From the NCBI GenBank assembly GCA_026993525.1, contig JALWSS010000019.1, positions 11,096 through 75,095 on the forward strand: a stretch of 64,000 nucleotides of DNA, read 5' to 3'. Numbering within the stretch: position 1 is the first letter of the stretch; each line of letters opens with the position of its first letter. Below, piece after piece: positions 9,504 to 18,295 of this stretch. The stretch is from Saprospiraceae bacterium. Lineage in GTDB: Bacteria > Bacteroidota > Bacteroidia > Chitinophagales > Saprospiraceae. The notes below the pieces were generated by a model. The model was not told the origin of the DNA, made no database searches, and was given only the letters and a program-made list of their open reading frames with translations. A program made the translations under genes and the position numbers.

Positions 9504-9536
9504 CTTCATAATCTTCATAATCCTCATAATCCTCAG
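9504..9536. repeat. 9-nt tandem repeat C(T/C)TCATAAT, about 3.5 copies
   Basis: Reads CTTCATAAT CTTCATAAT CCTCATAAT CCTCAG. Read directly. Confidence 0.85.
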
Positions 9537-9546
9537 TAAACGTGTG

Positions 9547-10293
9547 TTAAAGCATTCGGGCATAGGTGCGGTAGGGTACCGTTGCCGGTGAGGAGATCAT
9601 GAAAATGTCGGTCGGGTTGTCGGAACTCATCTTCAATTTTTCTTCCCGTTCCATAATGATGAAATCATCCTGATTGGTGGGGTGGCCATTGATTTCGGGA
9701 TTGCCTTCGATTATATAAAGGGAATGCACTTTGTTCGTATCCAGCCCGATGTCATGGGTGCCGCTTTCAAAGCTGAAGCGCCGGATGACCAGGCCAGGCG
9801 TGTCGAGGGTCACGGGTGAACCTTCACCGATGTAGGTTTTGATGCTGAGTCCGTTTTTATTGGCAACGGGCAGTTCTTCTGATTTGTAGTCATTATAGGA
9901 AGCTGGCTTTTGGAGGGTCTTGCTCAGGTCAGGGTCAAACCATATCTGAAACATTGCCGCGCCTTCGGCCATGAATTCGGCATGGCTGATACCTCTGCCG
10001 GCTCTGATGATCTGCAGGTCACCTGCTTTCAATGGAAGCCAATCTTTGTTCCGGGTATCAAAATGCCGGATCTTGCCTTTGAGAATAAAGGACATTATTT
10101 CAAAGCCTTCATGCGGGTGCAAACCGATGGTGCTGTTGGTTCTGGCCTCGGCATAAGCCCAGTAAAAGAGGTTGGACCAGGGCTTCAGTTCACCTCCCTC
10201 CCCTGGAAAGCCAATGGGTTTGTTCTCGACGATCTCTCCGCCGTTAAAGGCGCCTTTTGCTTGTTTTTCTTTCGGAATGATTCGAATAGACAT
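9547..10293 (-). CDS. Pirin-family (cupin) protein
   Basis: 248 aa. Carries the cupin metal motif region ...GLHPHEGFEIMSFILKG...; length and layout are typical of the pirin/YhhW family. Confidence 0.8.
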   Translation of the reverse strand: MSIRIIPKEKQAKGAFNGGEIVENKPIGFPGEGGELKPWSNLFYWAYAEARTNSTIGLHPHEGFEIMSFILKGKIRHFDTRNKDWLPLKAGDLQIIRAGRGISHAEFMAEGAAMFQIWFDPDLSKTLQKPASYNDYKSEELPVANKNGLSIKTYIGEGSPVTLDTPGLVIRRFSFESGTHDIGLDTNKVHSLYIIEGNPEINGHPTNQDDFIIMEREEKLKMSSDNPTDIFMISSPATVPYRTYARML

Positions 10294-10303
10294 GGTTGGT
10301 GTT

Positions 10304-10366
10304 GGGTGTAGGGTTTAGGGTGTAGGGTTTAGGGTGTAGAGTTTAGGGTGTAGGGTTTAGGGTTTA
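10304..10366. repeat. Heptamer array GGGTGTA/GGGTTTA, 9 units (G3N4 pattern)
   Basis: Read directly. It begins 11 nt from the pirin start codon. GGG runs are spaced by 4 nt. Confidence 0.95.
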
Positions 10367-10471
10367 TGGTTGGGGCCTGGTTAAAGGGGATGAAGCCGGG
10401 GCTTCAGTGGGGTCGGTCAGGTAACAGCATGGATGCCGGATGGTTGAATCGGGAGTAGTGTACAAGCATCC

Positions 10472-10560
10472 CGTTCGATTCTTCAGTTCCTCTCCCGACG
10501 AATGTCGGGATCAGATCTTCGATTCTTCAGTTCTTCGATTCCTCAATTCCTCAACTCCCC
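10472..10560. repeat. Octamer-like array (TTCGATTC/TTCAGTTC/CTCAATTC) surrounding H2 hairpin 10493-10510
   Basis: Read directly. The array is split by TCCCGACGAATGTCGGGA. Confidence 0.8.
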
Positions 10561-10610
10561 ACCTCAATGCCTACTTTTGCGGCCAACAAACAGCCACACT
10601 AAACAGCATT

Positions 10611-11648
10611 ATGGAACAAGAAAGACCAAAGAGAACCGAAGTCAGCGAATACGGGGAGTTCGGCTTGATCGAGCACCTTACGAAGGACATAAAAATTCAT
10701 CAGTCCAGCACCCTGAAGGGCGTGGGTGACGACGCCGCCGTGATTGACAACGACGGATTGCTGACGGTGGTAAGCACCGACATGATGGTGGAGGGCATTC
10801 ATTTTGACCTCATGTATTTCCCCCTGAAGCACCTTGGCTACAAGGCCGTGGTCAGCAACCTCTCAGACATCTGTGCCATGAACGCCCACCCCCGGCAGCT
10901 AACCGTTTCGGTGGCTGTTTCCAACCGCTTCAGTGTGGAGGCGCTCGATGAACTGTACGCAGGTATGAAAGCCGCCTGTGATGCCTATCAGGTTGACCTG
11001 GTGGGGGGTGACACTTCGGCATCCAACAAAGGGCTGATCATTTCTGCAACGGCCATCGGGCAGGGCGAAAAGGACAAACTGGTGTACCGCAACGGTGCCA
11101 AACCCGGCGACCTCATCTGCATCACCGGCGACCTGGGGGCTGCCTACCTCGGCCTGCAAATACTGGAGCGGGAAAAACAGCTCTACCTGCAAAACCCCGG
11201 CGTGCAGCCGGACCTCGAAGACCAGAAACACGCGGTAGGGCGCTTCCTGAAACCCGAGGCCCGTACGGACATGATCGAAATTCTGGATAAAGCGCAGTTG
11301 GTGCCAACTGCCATGATTGACATTTCCGACGGCTTGTCTTCCGACCTCATGCACATCTGCAAGCAATCAGGTGTGGGCGCTTTTGTGGAAGAAACCGGAG
11401 TGCCCATCCACAGCGATACCAAAATGCTGGCACTCAAATTCAACCTCGACCCCATCAACTGTGCCCTCAACGGAGGCGAAGACTACGAATTGCTTTTCAC
11501 CATTGACCCGAAAGATGTGGATAAGATCCGGCTGCTGCCCGATATTTGGATTGCCGGAGAAATCACCGAAAAGGAGGAGGGACTGAAACTCCACACCTCC
11601 GGCGGCAAGCGCCACGACCTGTTCGCCCAGGGCTGGAAACACTTTTGA
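10611..11648 (+). CDS. thiL: Thiamine-monophosphate kinase
   Basis: EFGLIEHL...GVGDDAAVID...VSTDMMVEGIHFD...VGGDT... is typical of ThiL. I moved the start to ATG 10611 (MEQERPK) because the upstream part of the ORF is translated repeat DNA. Confidence 0.85.
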   Translation: MEQERPKRTEVSEYGEFGLIEHLTKDIKIHQSSTLKGVGDDAAVIDNDGLLTVVSTDMMVEGIHFDLMYFPLKHLGYKAVVSNLSDICAMNAHPRQLTVSVAVSNRFSVEALDELYAGMKAACDAYQVDLVGGDTSASNKGLIISATAIGQGEKDKLVYRNGAKPGDLICITGDLGAAYLGLQILEREKQLYLQNPGVQPDLEDQKHAVGRFLKPEARTDMIEILDKAQLVPTAMIDISDGLSSDLMHICKQSGVGAFVEETGVPIHSDTKMLALKFNLDPINCALNGGEDYELLFTIDPKDVDKIRLLPDIWIAGEITEKEEGLKLHTSGGKRHDLFAQGWKHF

Positions 11649-11730
11649 CGAAGGTGAGACCCGAAGCCGGGTTTGCCAGCCTGAAGCGTTCCCCTGGAAA
11701 ATGAAATCTGAACCCCCTAATTTTTTTCAA

Positions 11731-12324
11731 ATGATTAGAAAGCTCCTGCTCCCGTTTTTTCTTTTCGTCGGAATTTCGGCCCTGATCTCCTGTGGGGAGA
11801 ATGCCGGTTCAGACCAATCTGATGCACCGGAACAACAGGCCTTTGCCGATGCTGATTCCGTGGCCAATGGCAGCAAGCCCTGGACCTACCTGAAACTGGT
11901 GGACATCTGGAAGGACTACGAACTGGGCACCGACAGCTCAGCCGTCAGCCCGGTGGATGATCCCAATTTTGAAGAATACCGAGAGTACCGCCAGGGAGTG
12001 CTGAAGCGGAAACTCATCCGCTCAAAAGACGGCCGGCCACTTTACGAATACCTTTATGGCCCCAACGGCTGGGAACTGCGCAAAATTTATTGCGGTAACG
12101 GTCAGGAAAATTTCGTCGGCGTGGCCAAAGACGGGGAGTTTTACGGTCTGTCCCAGTGGTGGTATTGCGACGGCAAACCTGAACACGCCGGCTATCGCTA
12201 CAAAGGCAAAAAGTTCGGTACCTGGACCTATTACAAAGAAGATGGCAGCGTGGACCATATTGAGGACTTCGGCATGCCGGAGTACATGGATTCCGTCCGG
12301 ATCGCTCTCACCGATCAGGGGTAG
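11731..12324 (+). CDS. Lipoprotein with MORN-variant/YwqK-like repeats
   Basis: Lipobox-type signal LLLPFFLFVGISALISCGE. The C-terminal half has G-x-W-x-Y-Y-type repeats (KKFGTWTYYKEDGS). Confidence 0.6.
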   Translation: MIRKLLLPFFLFVGISALISCGENAGSDQSDAPEQQAFADADSVANGSKPWTYLKLVDIWKDYELGTDSSAVSPVDDPNFEEYREYRQGVLKRKLIRSKDGRPLYEYLYGPNGWELRKIYCGNGQENFVGVAKDGEFYGLSQWWYCDGKPEHAGYRYKGKKFGTWTYYKEDGSVDHIEDFGMPEYMDSVRIALTDQG

Positions 12325-13502
12325 GCCACTGCAATCACACCCTCGCCGTCCGTCAGGGTTTTAAATTGTCCGTTCTGGTTCCACAACGTCGCCTGAAACT
12401 TCACATTCAGTTTCATGGTTGGCTGGCCGTTTTCGTTTTCGTCAAAACTTTCCACCGAGAGAATCTGAAATCCGGCGTTGGCAGCCAGTTGCAGCCCATT
12501 TGCCGAAGACCACTCCATGCCGGAATCGTCGGTGTAAACAACCCTTACGCCACCGGGCAGAAAAGGCTGGCTGACCACCGTAAAGCTTGAATCAATCGCC
12601 GTTTGCACGCTCAGGCTCCAGTTGAAGCGGGCCGAGCAGAATGAGCCGGTGGGGCCGGGTACCTGCCCCCCGGCCGTTGCCAGGCAGCCTTCGGCATCTG
12701 TTACGCTGACCTGTATCTGTGTAAAAGGAGCCATGTTCATGAGGGGAATCGAGGCCTGTGTGCTGCCGGTGTTCCACTGATAGGCGAACGGTGACTGACC
12801 CAGAACCACCGCTTTCAGGGCCACGGGGAAGGGCGTTCCCGGATTGGTCAGGGTATCCAAAAACACCTGACAGGGTGTGGGCTGCACCGGTGACAACAGA
12901 AAAACGGACTGCGTCTGGCTGCTGAAACAGGAATCATTGCCCGACTGCATGGTCAGGGTGACGGGCATATTTTGGGGGGCTTGCGCCAGCGAAATACTCA
13001 CTGTATTCCCAAACAGTGGAGTGGTATTGGGAAAGTTCCAGCTGAAATTGGGCACGTCATTGGGAGCCGTCAGCGAGGGGCTGGCATCCAGGGTCAGCAG
13101 GTAAGTCGTGGTGGTATCATAGGTCCAGATGGTGTCGAGACCGTTTGGGTTCATAAAAGGATGATTCCCAGGGTAAAGCGCCGCCTCGATATCCGGTTGC
13201 CCGGAGGGCGAGGGGGCGAGGTCGTTGAAGTAAAAGGCAATTTTCTCACCGCAGGCCACATTGCTGCACGGCTCTTTTTCCAGCCGCCCCCAGAAGGTGA
13301 AAAACCCGGCGGTATCCTGCTCAAAACCCGTAAAAAGATAGTAATCCTGCTCGCCGGCCACCCAGCTTTTTGCCGAGCCGTCAATGACGGCGTTCACACT
13401 GAACACCGGGGTGCCCTCAGGTGGTGGTTCCACATCCAGCTTTTTGCAGGCGGCCAGTGCCAGCAATGCCAAAATCAAGATGCCCTGTAAGTGTTTCATC
13501 AT
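12315..13502 (-). CDS. Lipoprotein, function unknown
   Basis: Signal MMKHLQGILILALLALAACKK. Contains one YQWNTGSTQ...VSVTDAEGC module. It is the last gene of the co-directional cluster sigma / anti-sigma-like / this gene. It overlaps the convergent upstream gene by 10 nt. Confidence 0.7.
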   Translation of the reverse strand: MMKHLQGILILALLALAACKKLDVEPPPEGTPVFSVNAVIDGSAKSWVAGEQDYYLFTGFEQDTAGFFTFWGRLEKEPCSNVACGEKIAFYFNDLAPSPSGQPDIEAALYPGNHPFMNPNGLDTIWTYDTTTTYLLTLDASPSLTAPNDVPNFSWNFPNTTPLFGNTVSISLAQAPQNMPVTLTMQSGNDSCFSSQTQSVFLLSPVQPTPCQVFLDTLTNPGTPFPVALKAVVLGQSPFAYQWNTGSTQASIPLMNMAPFTQIQVSVTDAEGCLATAGGQVPGPTGSFCSARFNWSLSVQTAIDSSFTVVSQPFLPGGVRVVYTDDSGMEWSSANGLQLAANAGFQILSVESFDENENGQPTMKLNVKFQATLWNQNGQFKTLTDGEGVIAVAYP

Positions 13503-13526
13503 TTGAATTTTCTTCGTAAAAAAAAA

Positions 13527-14747
13527 TCAGAATCCAAGCCTGGCGGACAATCTGAAAGTCCATTCTCCGGATTCTTTCAGGATGTAATTCCCGACGGGAG
13601 GGGAATATCCTTCAACCATCAGCCCACCCGGTTGAAAATGGGCGGAGAACCCGGCAGCAGTACGTTGGTTGAACCTGAACCAGTATGCCGCTCCTGCGGC
13701 GAATGCCAGGCGCCTGAAGCCATCCTCCACCAGCCAGCCGGCCTCCACGGGTACGAACTCCTTTTCAGGGGGGTGGGTGTTTTCCACCCTTCGGTAAAAA
13801 CCCCGCTCGCCCCTGACACCCATCAGGTACCGGGGGCTGAGGCTGAGTTCCACCTGGTGGTGTTTTCGGCCAAAGCCTGCGCCAACGCTCAGTTCCAGGA
13901 AATGCAGTGAGTTTGGTTTGAGGAACTGGCTGTCCAGCTCCAGCCCGAAGCGGTAATTCCGGCCCACGGCCACCTTGCTGGCTTCAAAGGTGCCGCTCCG
14001 GTATTCATACCCGGCACTGCCAAAGAGGTAAATCCCCTGCTCCAGCCGGTGGTCTTTGCGCAGCACCAGCCGGTAGCCATTCCGGTTCAGTGGTTGCCTG
14101 TGTTCTGCCGTAAAAACCTGAGACAGCTCCACCGACCAGTTTTGCAACAGCCAGGCTTTGCTTTTCCGCTCCAGGGGTTTGACAAAGCGCTGCTCCCAGG
14201 GCAACGACAAGGTGCCCGGGGCCGGGCAGGGCAGGGAGGCCAGGTTGCCAACCGTTGAACGGCGGCTGACCGGAGTATCGGTCTGGGTGGTCAGTTCCCG
14301 TTGCTCTCGAGGTGCGGAGGGAAGCGCATCCGAAGGTGCTTCATTTACCGAAGGAACAATGCCTTTCAGATTTGCTGACCGGTTTTTGTAAAGGTTTCTT
14401 TCTCCGGTGGGCCCGGCAGTTCCGGGTGTTGAATTCCCGGCCAATTCTGTCGTTGTGCCGGCTTTGGGTGCTGTCCTTGCAATGGCGTCCCGTTCATTTG
14501 CCGAAGGGGCTTTGGGTTGTGCAATGGCTCGTTCCACCTGTTGTGGCGGAGCTGTAATTTCTGACACCGGCCACAGCAGCCAGGCGACGGCAATCACCCC
14601 CATTCCGAAGAACAGCCAGAAAAAGAGCCTGCGCCGGCGTTTGCGGCGTTGCAACAGGGTCCGGGCAGCTTCCCAATAGGCCTCCTGAAAGGGGTGTTCC
14701 CTTTGAGAAAGCTGCTCCCGGAAGTATTTGTCGAGCTTGTGGTCCAT
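13527..14747 (-). CDS. Anti-sigma-like membrane protein with C-terminal beta-barrel-like domain
   Basis: Lies 17 nt downstream of the ECF sigma gene. Has a short N-terminal segment, one TM helix (LFFWLFFGMGVIAVAWLLW) and a Pro/Ala/Thr-rich linker. The C-terminal ~200 aa are beta-rich and end ...RLSARLGF. Confidence 0.65.
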   Translation of the reverse strand: MDHKLDKYFREQLSQREHPFQEAYWEAARTLLQRRKRRRRLFFWLFFGMGVIAVAWLLWPVSEITAPPQQVERAIAQPKAPSANERDAIARTAPKAGTTTELAGNSTPGTAGPTGERNLYKNRSANLKGIVPSVNEAPSDALPSAPREQRELTTQTDTPVSRRSTVGNLASLPCPAPGTLSLPWEQRFVKPLERKSKAWLLQNWSVELSQVFTAEHRQPLNRNGYRLVLRKDHRLEQGIYLFGSAGYEYRSGTFEASKVAVGRNYRFGLELDSQFLKPNSLHFLELSVGAGFGRKHHQVELSLSPRYLMGVRGERGFYRRVENTHPPEKEFVPVEAGWLVEDGFRRLAFAAGAAYWFRFNQRTAAGFSAHFQPGGLMVEGYSPPVGNYILKESGEWTFRLSARLGF

Positions 14748-14764
14748 TGTATTGTGATTTGGGT

Positions 14765-15358
14765 TCAGGGGGATTTGATGATCCTGTCCCGTTCCTGAAC
14801 CGGATGTCCTTTCTTTTCATTTTGCGATTTGAGCATTTCCTGCAGGCGTTTTCGGGCAAAGGAAAGGTGCCATTTCGAGGTGCCGTCGGAAATGCCCAGC
14901 ATTTTCCCCACCTCCTTGTGGCTGTAACCGTCAATGGCGTACAGGTTGAACACCTTGCGGCTCATGGGTGGCAGCGAGTGGATCATGGCTTCCAGTTCGG
15001 CGGCGTCGAACTGCAGGTCGGCGGTGTTCAGATCGGTCAGTTGGTCGTGGTTGTGGTGGTCGCTGAAATCGTGGTATTCCACCAGTTCTTTCACCTGCCG
15101 GTTTTTTCTGAAATCGTCAATCAACGTGTTGATCATGATGCGTTTGATCCATGCTTCAAAGGGTTGCTCTTCCCGGTATTTGTCCAGGTTGGTCACAATT
15201 TTCAGGAAGCCCTCGTTGAGCATGGCCACGGCATCAGCCTCCACGTTGCGATAGCGACTGCAAACACTCATCAGGATGGGAAAGCACCAGCGGTACAAGC
15301 GGTACTGCGCCCGGCTGTCGCCCTTTCCGGCATCCCTGAGTAGTTTGCGGTCAGTCAT
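14765..15358 (-). CDS. ECF-type RNA polymerase sigma-70 family factor
   Basis: Region 2 (...FEAWIKRIMINTLIDDFRKNRQ) and region 4 HTH (YSHKEVGKMLGISDGTSKWHLSFARKRL). Confidence 0.85.
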   Translation of the reverse strand: MTDRKLLRDAGKGDSRAQYRLYRWCFPILMSVCSRYRNVEADAVAMLNEGFLKIVTNLDKYREEQPFEAWIKRIMINTLIDDFRKNRQVKELVEYHDFSDHHNHDQLTDLNTADLQFDAAELEAMIHSLPPMSRKVFNLYAIDGYSHKEVGKMLGISDGTSKWHLSFARKRLQEMLKSQNEKKGHPVQERDRIIKSP

Positions 15359-15448
15359 GAATCGGTGTTGAGGTGTGTGGTTTCAGGGGGGGGGAAAGTG
15401 CAACGGAAGCACCGCATGGGGCACTTCCGTTGGCACTCAAACCAGGTG

Positions 15449-17839
15449 TTATTTCTTCGCAAAACGCTTTACGATGCGCGCATTTCCATTGCGCAGCGAC
15501 AGCAGGTAAATACCCGGACCGAGCTGCCCGGTATCCACGTCGAATTGCGCTTCGCCTGCGGCAATGTTTTTTCTTTCGCTTCGCAAAACCTGCCCCAACG
15601 GCGAAATGATCTCGAGGGTGGCGCTGAGGTTTTCCGGGGCGGTCACCCTGACCCGGAGGCTTTGGCCCACGGGGTTTGGCCACAGTTCCAGTCCGGCATC
15701 GAGGATGGCCTCCCTGGCGTCGGTCACACCCTCGTCGTTCACGTTGAAATTCATCGTAATGGCGGTCTGGTCGGGGCTGATGGTGACCCAGGCGGCAGTT
15801 GCCGGCAGGCCGGGGATGTCCACCATCAGTTTGTAGGTTCCGTAAGGCAGGTTGTCAAAGGTGTATTCACCGTTGCTGTCGCTGAACCTGAAAGCCAGCA
15901 CTTTTTCCGCTTCGTCAAACAGGAGAACCGTTGCGTCTTCCACGGCATCGCCCCGGTCGTTGCTGCCACCCTGGAACCCCGGGCCTTCGCTCACAAAACC
16001 ATTGATGGTACCGGGTCCGCTCAGGGAGTCACTCTTGGCCAGGGTGATGTTGAAAAGTTGCCCGTTGTGGGGGATGGAGATGACGGAGGCATCCTGCCAG
16101 GTCTGCACATCGCCGTAGTAAGTGGGCAGGTAATCGTCGTAGCCGGGTGTGTTGGGGGCCAGCAGCACCAGTGCCAGGTATTCACCTTGAGGAACCGCAC
16201 CAAAGTCGTACCAGGCATGGCCGTTGGGAAATGGCGGTAGCGTGGGGTCCGGCAAGAGGGGAGTTTGCCCATAGAGGTTCAGACCGGTGGTGCTGTTTCC
16301 GGTTTCATAGAGGTACACGGTACCTTGTAAACTGAGGTTGGCGCTGCCACCTTCGGCGGTTACAAACCCTTTCACCGTGAAATTGCCAAACATTTGTCCG
16401 TATTCATAACAAGCCGAAGCAATGCACCCGGAGGAGTGGGTCACAGTGACACAGTAGGTGCCGGGGCCAGATGGAACTATGTACGGCAGGGTGTCGCCGG
16501 TGCTCCATTCGTACCAGTAGGCGTTGGCCGGCACCACTGCCATCAGCACGGTATCAGGAGAGGCGGGGAACACGGTTTCAATGATGGTCACCTGGCAGGG
16601 GGTGGCGCCCACTGTAATGCAATCGCTTGCTGTACAACCCGTTGCGTCGGTCACCGTGATGCAGTAGGTTCCCGGCTGGGTGACGTACAGACCCGGACCA
16701 TTCTGGTTGTTGGCATTCCACTGGTAAGTAAACGGCGGTGTGCCCTGGGCCTCAGCGATCAATTGCCATCCGGCGCTGCCAGGCGACAAACTGTCCTGAT
16801 AGATTTCGACGGAGCAGGCCGCCATATACTGGTAGCAGGCCGTGGCTATACAGGAATCGCCTGCTGATACGACGGTAACGCAATAAACTCCCGATCCGTT
16901 GGGCTGGATGGTCTGGGTGGTCTCACCGGTATCCCAGTAGTAAAAAGTTGGAGGAAGCCCGCCGTCCAGGTAGGCTGTCAGTCCGGCATTTGTTTCCTCG
17001 ATGTGGGCCGAGCAGGCGGGCGGTGGGGTCCAGGTGAAACAATCACTTGCTGTGCAGCCTTCGGCATCGGTCACGGTAACGCAGTAGTAGATACCGGAGG
17101 GGTTGGGTGTAATGGGGACTGTTTGGGTAACTTCACCGGTGTTCCACATGTAAGTGTAAGGTGGAGTGCCGGAAGAATAGGCCGTCAGCGCCAAAGAGCC
17201 GTTGATGGTGTCCAGGCCGATGGCCACGTCACAGTTGCCCCCTGGCGGTGTGATGACCACTGATACACAAGCGGTGCTGCTACAGCCGGTTGTGTCCCAA
17301 ACGGCCACACAGTAGGTGCCTGACTGGGTCACAGTGACAGAGGGATCGCTGGTGCCCCCCGAATTGTTCCAGTAATAGGTGAAAGGAGGGGTTCCGGTGG
17401 GCACAGCCGTCAGCACCAGTGCATTGGAGCCGGCCACGGAGTCCACCTCAATGTCCACCCAGCAGGCGGGTAGCACATTTCCGCACCAAGTGAAATCCTG
17501 CACGAAGGTGTTGTTGCTTCCCTGAGCGTAAGTGAAAGAAAATGATTGGAAAGTGCTGTCGCAATCGAGCATCGCTACCGTCAGAATGCCCTGAGACGGG
17601 AAGTTGGGAGTGATTTGAATTTCATCTTCGTAAAATCCGTCGGCATTGGTCCATTTGATTGTCTGGTAAAAGGAAGGCCCTGTGGGGCTTATCCTTATAT
17701 CTATGTAGATTCCCACGTTTTCTTCCGGATTGCCATTGGCATCGCTTACCGTTCCGGAAATGGAAACCTGGAAAACCTGGGTCAGGGCTGTCGTTCCGAA
17801 AATAGCAAGGGCAAACAGCAGGGTCAATAATTTCTTCAT
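15449..17839 (-). CDS. Secreted multi-repeat surface protein with T9SS type-A C-terminal sorting domain
   Basis: Start at ATG 17839 (MKKLLTLLFALAIFGTTALTQ). Five Cys-rich modules (e.g. YMWNTGEVTQ...YYCVTVTDAEGCTASDC). C-terminus LWPNPVGQSLRVRV...GIYLLSLRNGNARIVKRFAKK. Confidence 0.85.
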   Translation of the reverse strand: MKKLLTLLFALAIFGTTALTQVFQVSISGTVSDANGNPEENVGIYIDIRISPTGPSFYQTIKWTNADGFYEDEIQITPNFPSQGILTVAMLDCDSTFQSFSFTYAQGSNNTFVQDFTWCGNVLPACWVDIEVDSVAGSNALVLTAVPTGTPPFTYYWNNSGGTSDPSVTVTQSGTYCVAVWDTTGCSSTACVSVVITPPGGNCDVAIGLDTINGSLALTAYSSGTPPYTYMWNTGEVTQTVPITPNPSGIYYCVTVTDAEGCTASDCFTWTPPPACSAHIEETNAGLTAYLDGGLPPTFYYWDTGETTQTIQPNGSGVYCVTVVSAGDSCIATACYQYMAACSVEIYQDSLSPGSAGWQLIAEAQGTPPFTYQWNANNQNGPGLYVTQPGTYCITVTDATGCTASDCITVGATPCQVTIIETVFPASPDTVLMAVVPANAYWYEWSTGDTLPYIVPSGPGTYCVTVTHSSGCIASACYEYGQMFGNFTVKGFVTAEGGSANLSLQGTVYLYETGNSTTGLNLYGQTPLLPDPTLPPFPNGHAWYDFGAVPQGEYLALVLLAPNTPGYDDYLPTYYGDVQTWQDASVISIPHNGQLFNITLAKSDSLSGPGTINGFVSEGPGFQGGSNDRGDAVEDATVLLFDEAEKVLAFRFSDSNGEYTFDNLPYGTYKLMVDIPGLPATAAWVTISPDQTAITMNFNVNDEGVTDAREAILDAGLELWPNPVGQSLRVRVTAPENLSATLEIISPLGQVLRSERKNIAAGEAQFDVDTGQLGPGIYLLSLRNGNARIVKRFAKK

Positions 17840-17979
17840 CGGTTCAATTTTAAATTTGGTTTGAAAATTACTTCTTTCAGCCCTTATCACGAAGCCCCTT
17901 GCCCATCCGTTGGGTTCCCTTCGGAAAAATGTTGGGAACAGACATTTTTTGGGCTACCATTGCCGGGGGCATCAGTGAC

Positions 17980-18042
17980 CAGTTGTCAGTTGGCAGTCAT
18001 CAGTTGGCAGTTGGCAGTCATCAGTTGGCAGTTGGCAGTTGA
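17980..18042. repeat. Heptamer array CAGTTGG/CAGTCAT, 9 units (21-nt higher-order period)
   Basis: Read directly. The reverse complement CCAACTG is related to the arrays at 5431 and 51499. Confidence 0.9.
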
Positions 18043-18086
18043 TCGTATTACATTGCACGGCAACATCATTGCATCCAAAAATCATC

Positions 18087-18140
18087 AAAAACAGACCTTG
18101 ATTGTGGTGATTGATTGTTCTGATTTTGAAGAATTGAAAA
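18087..18140 (+). repeat. Single degenerate copy of the 47-nt repeat family
   Basis: AAAAACAGACCTTGATTGTGGTGATTGATTGTTCTGATTTTGAAGAATTGAAAA resembles the terminal unit at 1615-1675. Confidence 0.6.
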
Positions 18141-18213
18141 ACCTTTAAAATCCTCCTCAAAGATCCTATCAATCCCGAGACAAGCACAGGACCCAAAAAC
18201 CGCAAGATGAATT

Positions 18214-18240
18214 CAGGCGCTGACCGAAGGTCAGCGCCTG
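18214..18240. other. Perfect 12-bp hairpin CAGGCGCTGACC-GAA-GGTCAGCGCCTG
   Basis: Read directly. It sits 56 nt upstream of the rarA start. Role unknown. Confidence 0.8.
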
Positions 18241-18250
18241 ATGGGCGCAA

Positions 18251-18269
18251 TCCCGAGCTTGCCTCGGGA
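18251..18269. repeat. REP-like hairpin family H1
   Basis: Identical 19-mer TCCCGAGCTTGCCTCGGGA. Confidence 0.9.
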
Positions 18270-18295
18270 TCAAAAACCTTCAAAAAAACCTCACC

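Noticed and set aside
10304-10366. Telomere function for the TTTAGGG-like array
   Set aside because: It is internal to a bacterial gene-dense region between two ordinary genes. The resemblance to the plant telomere unit is coincidental.
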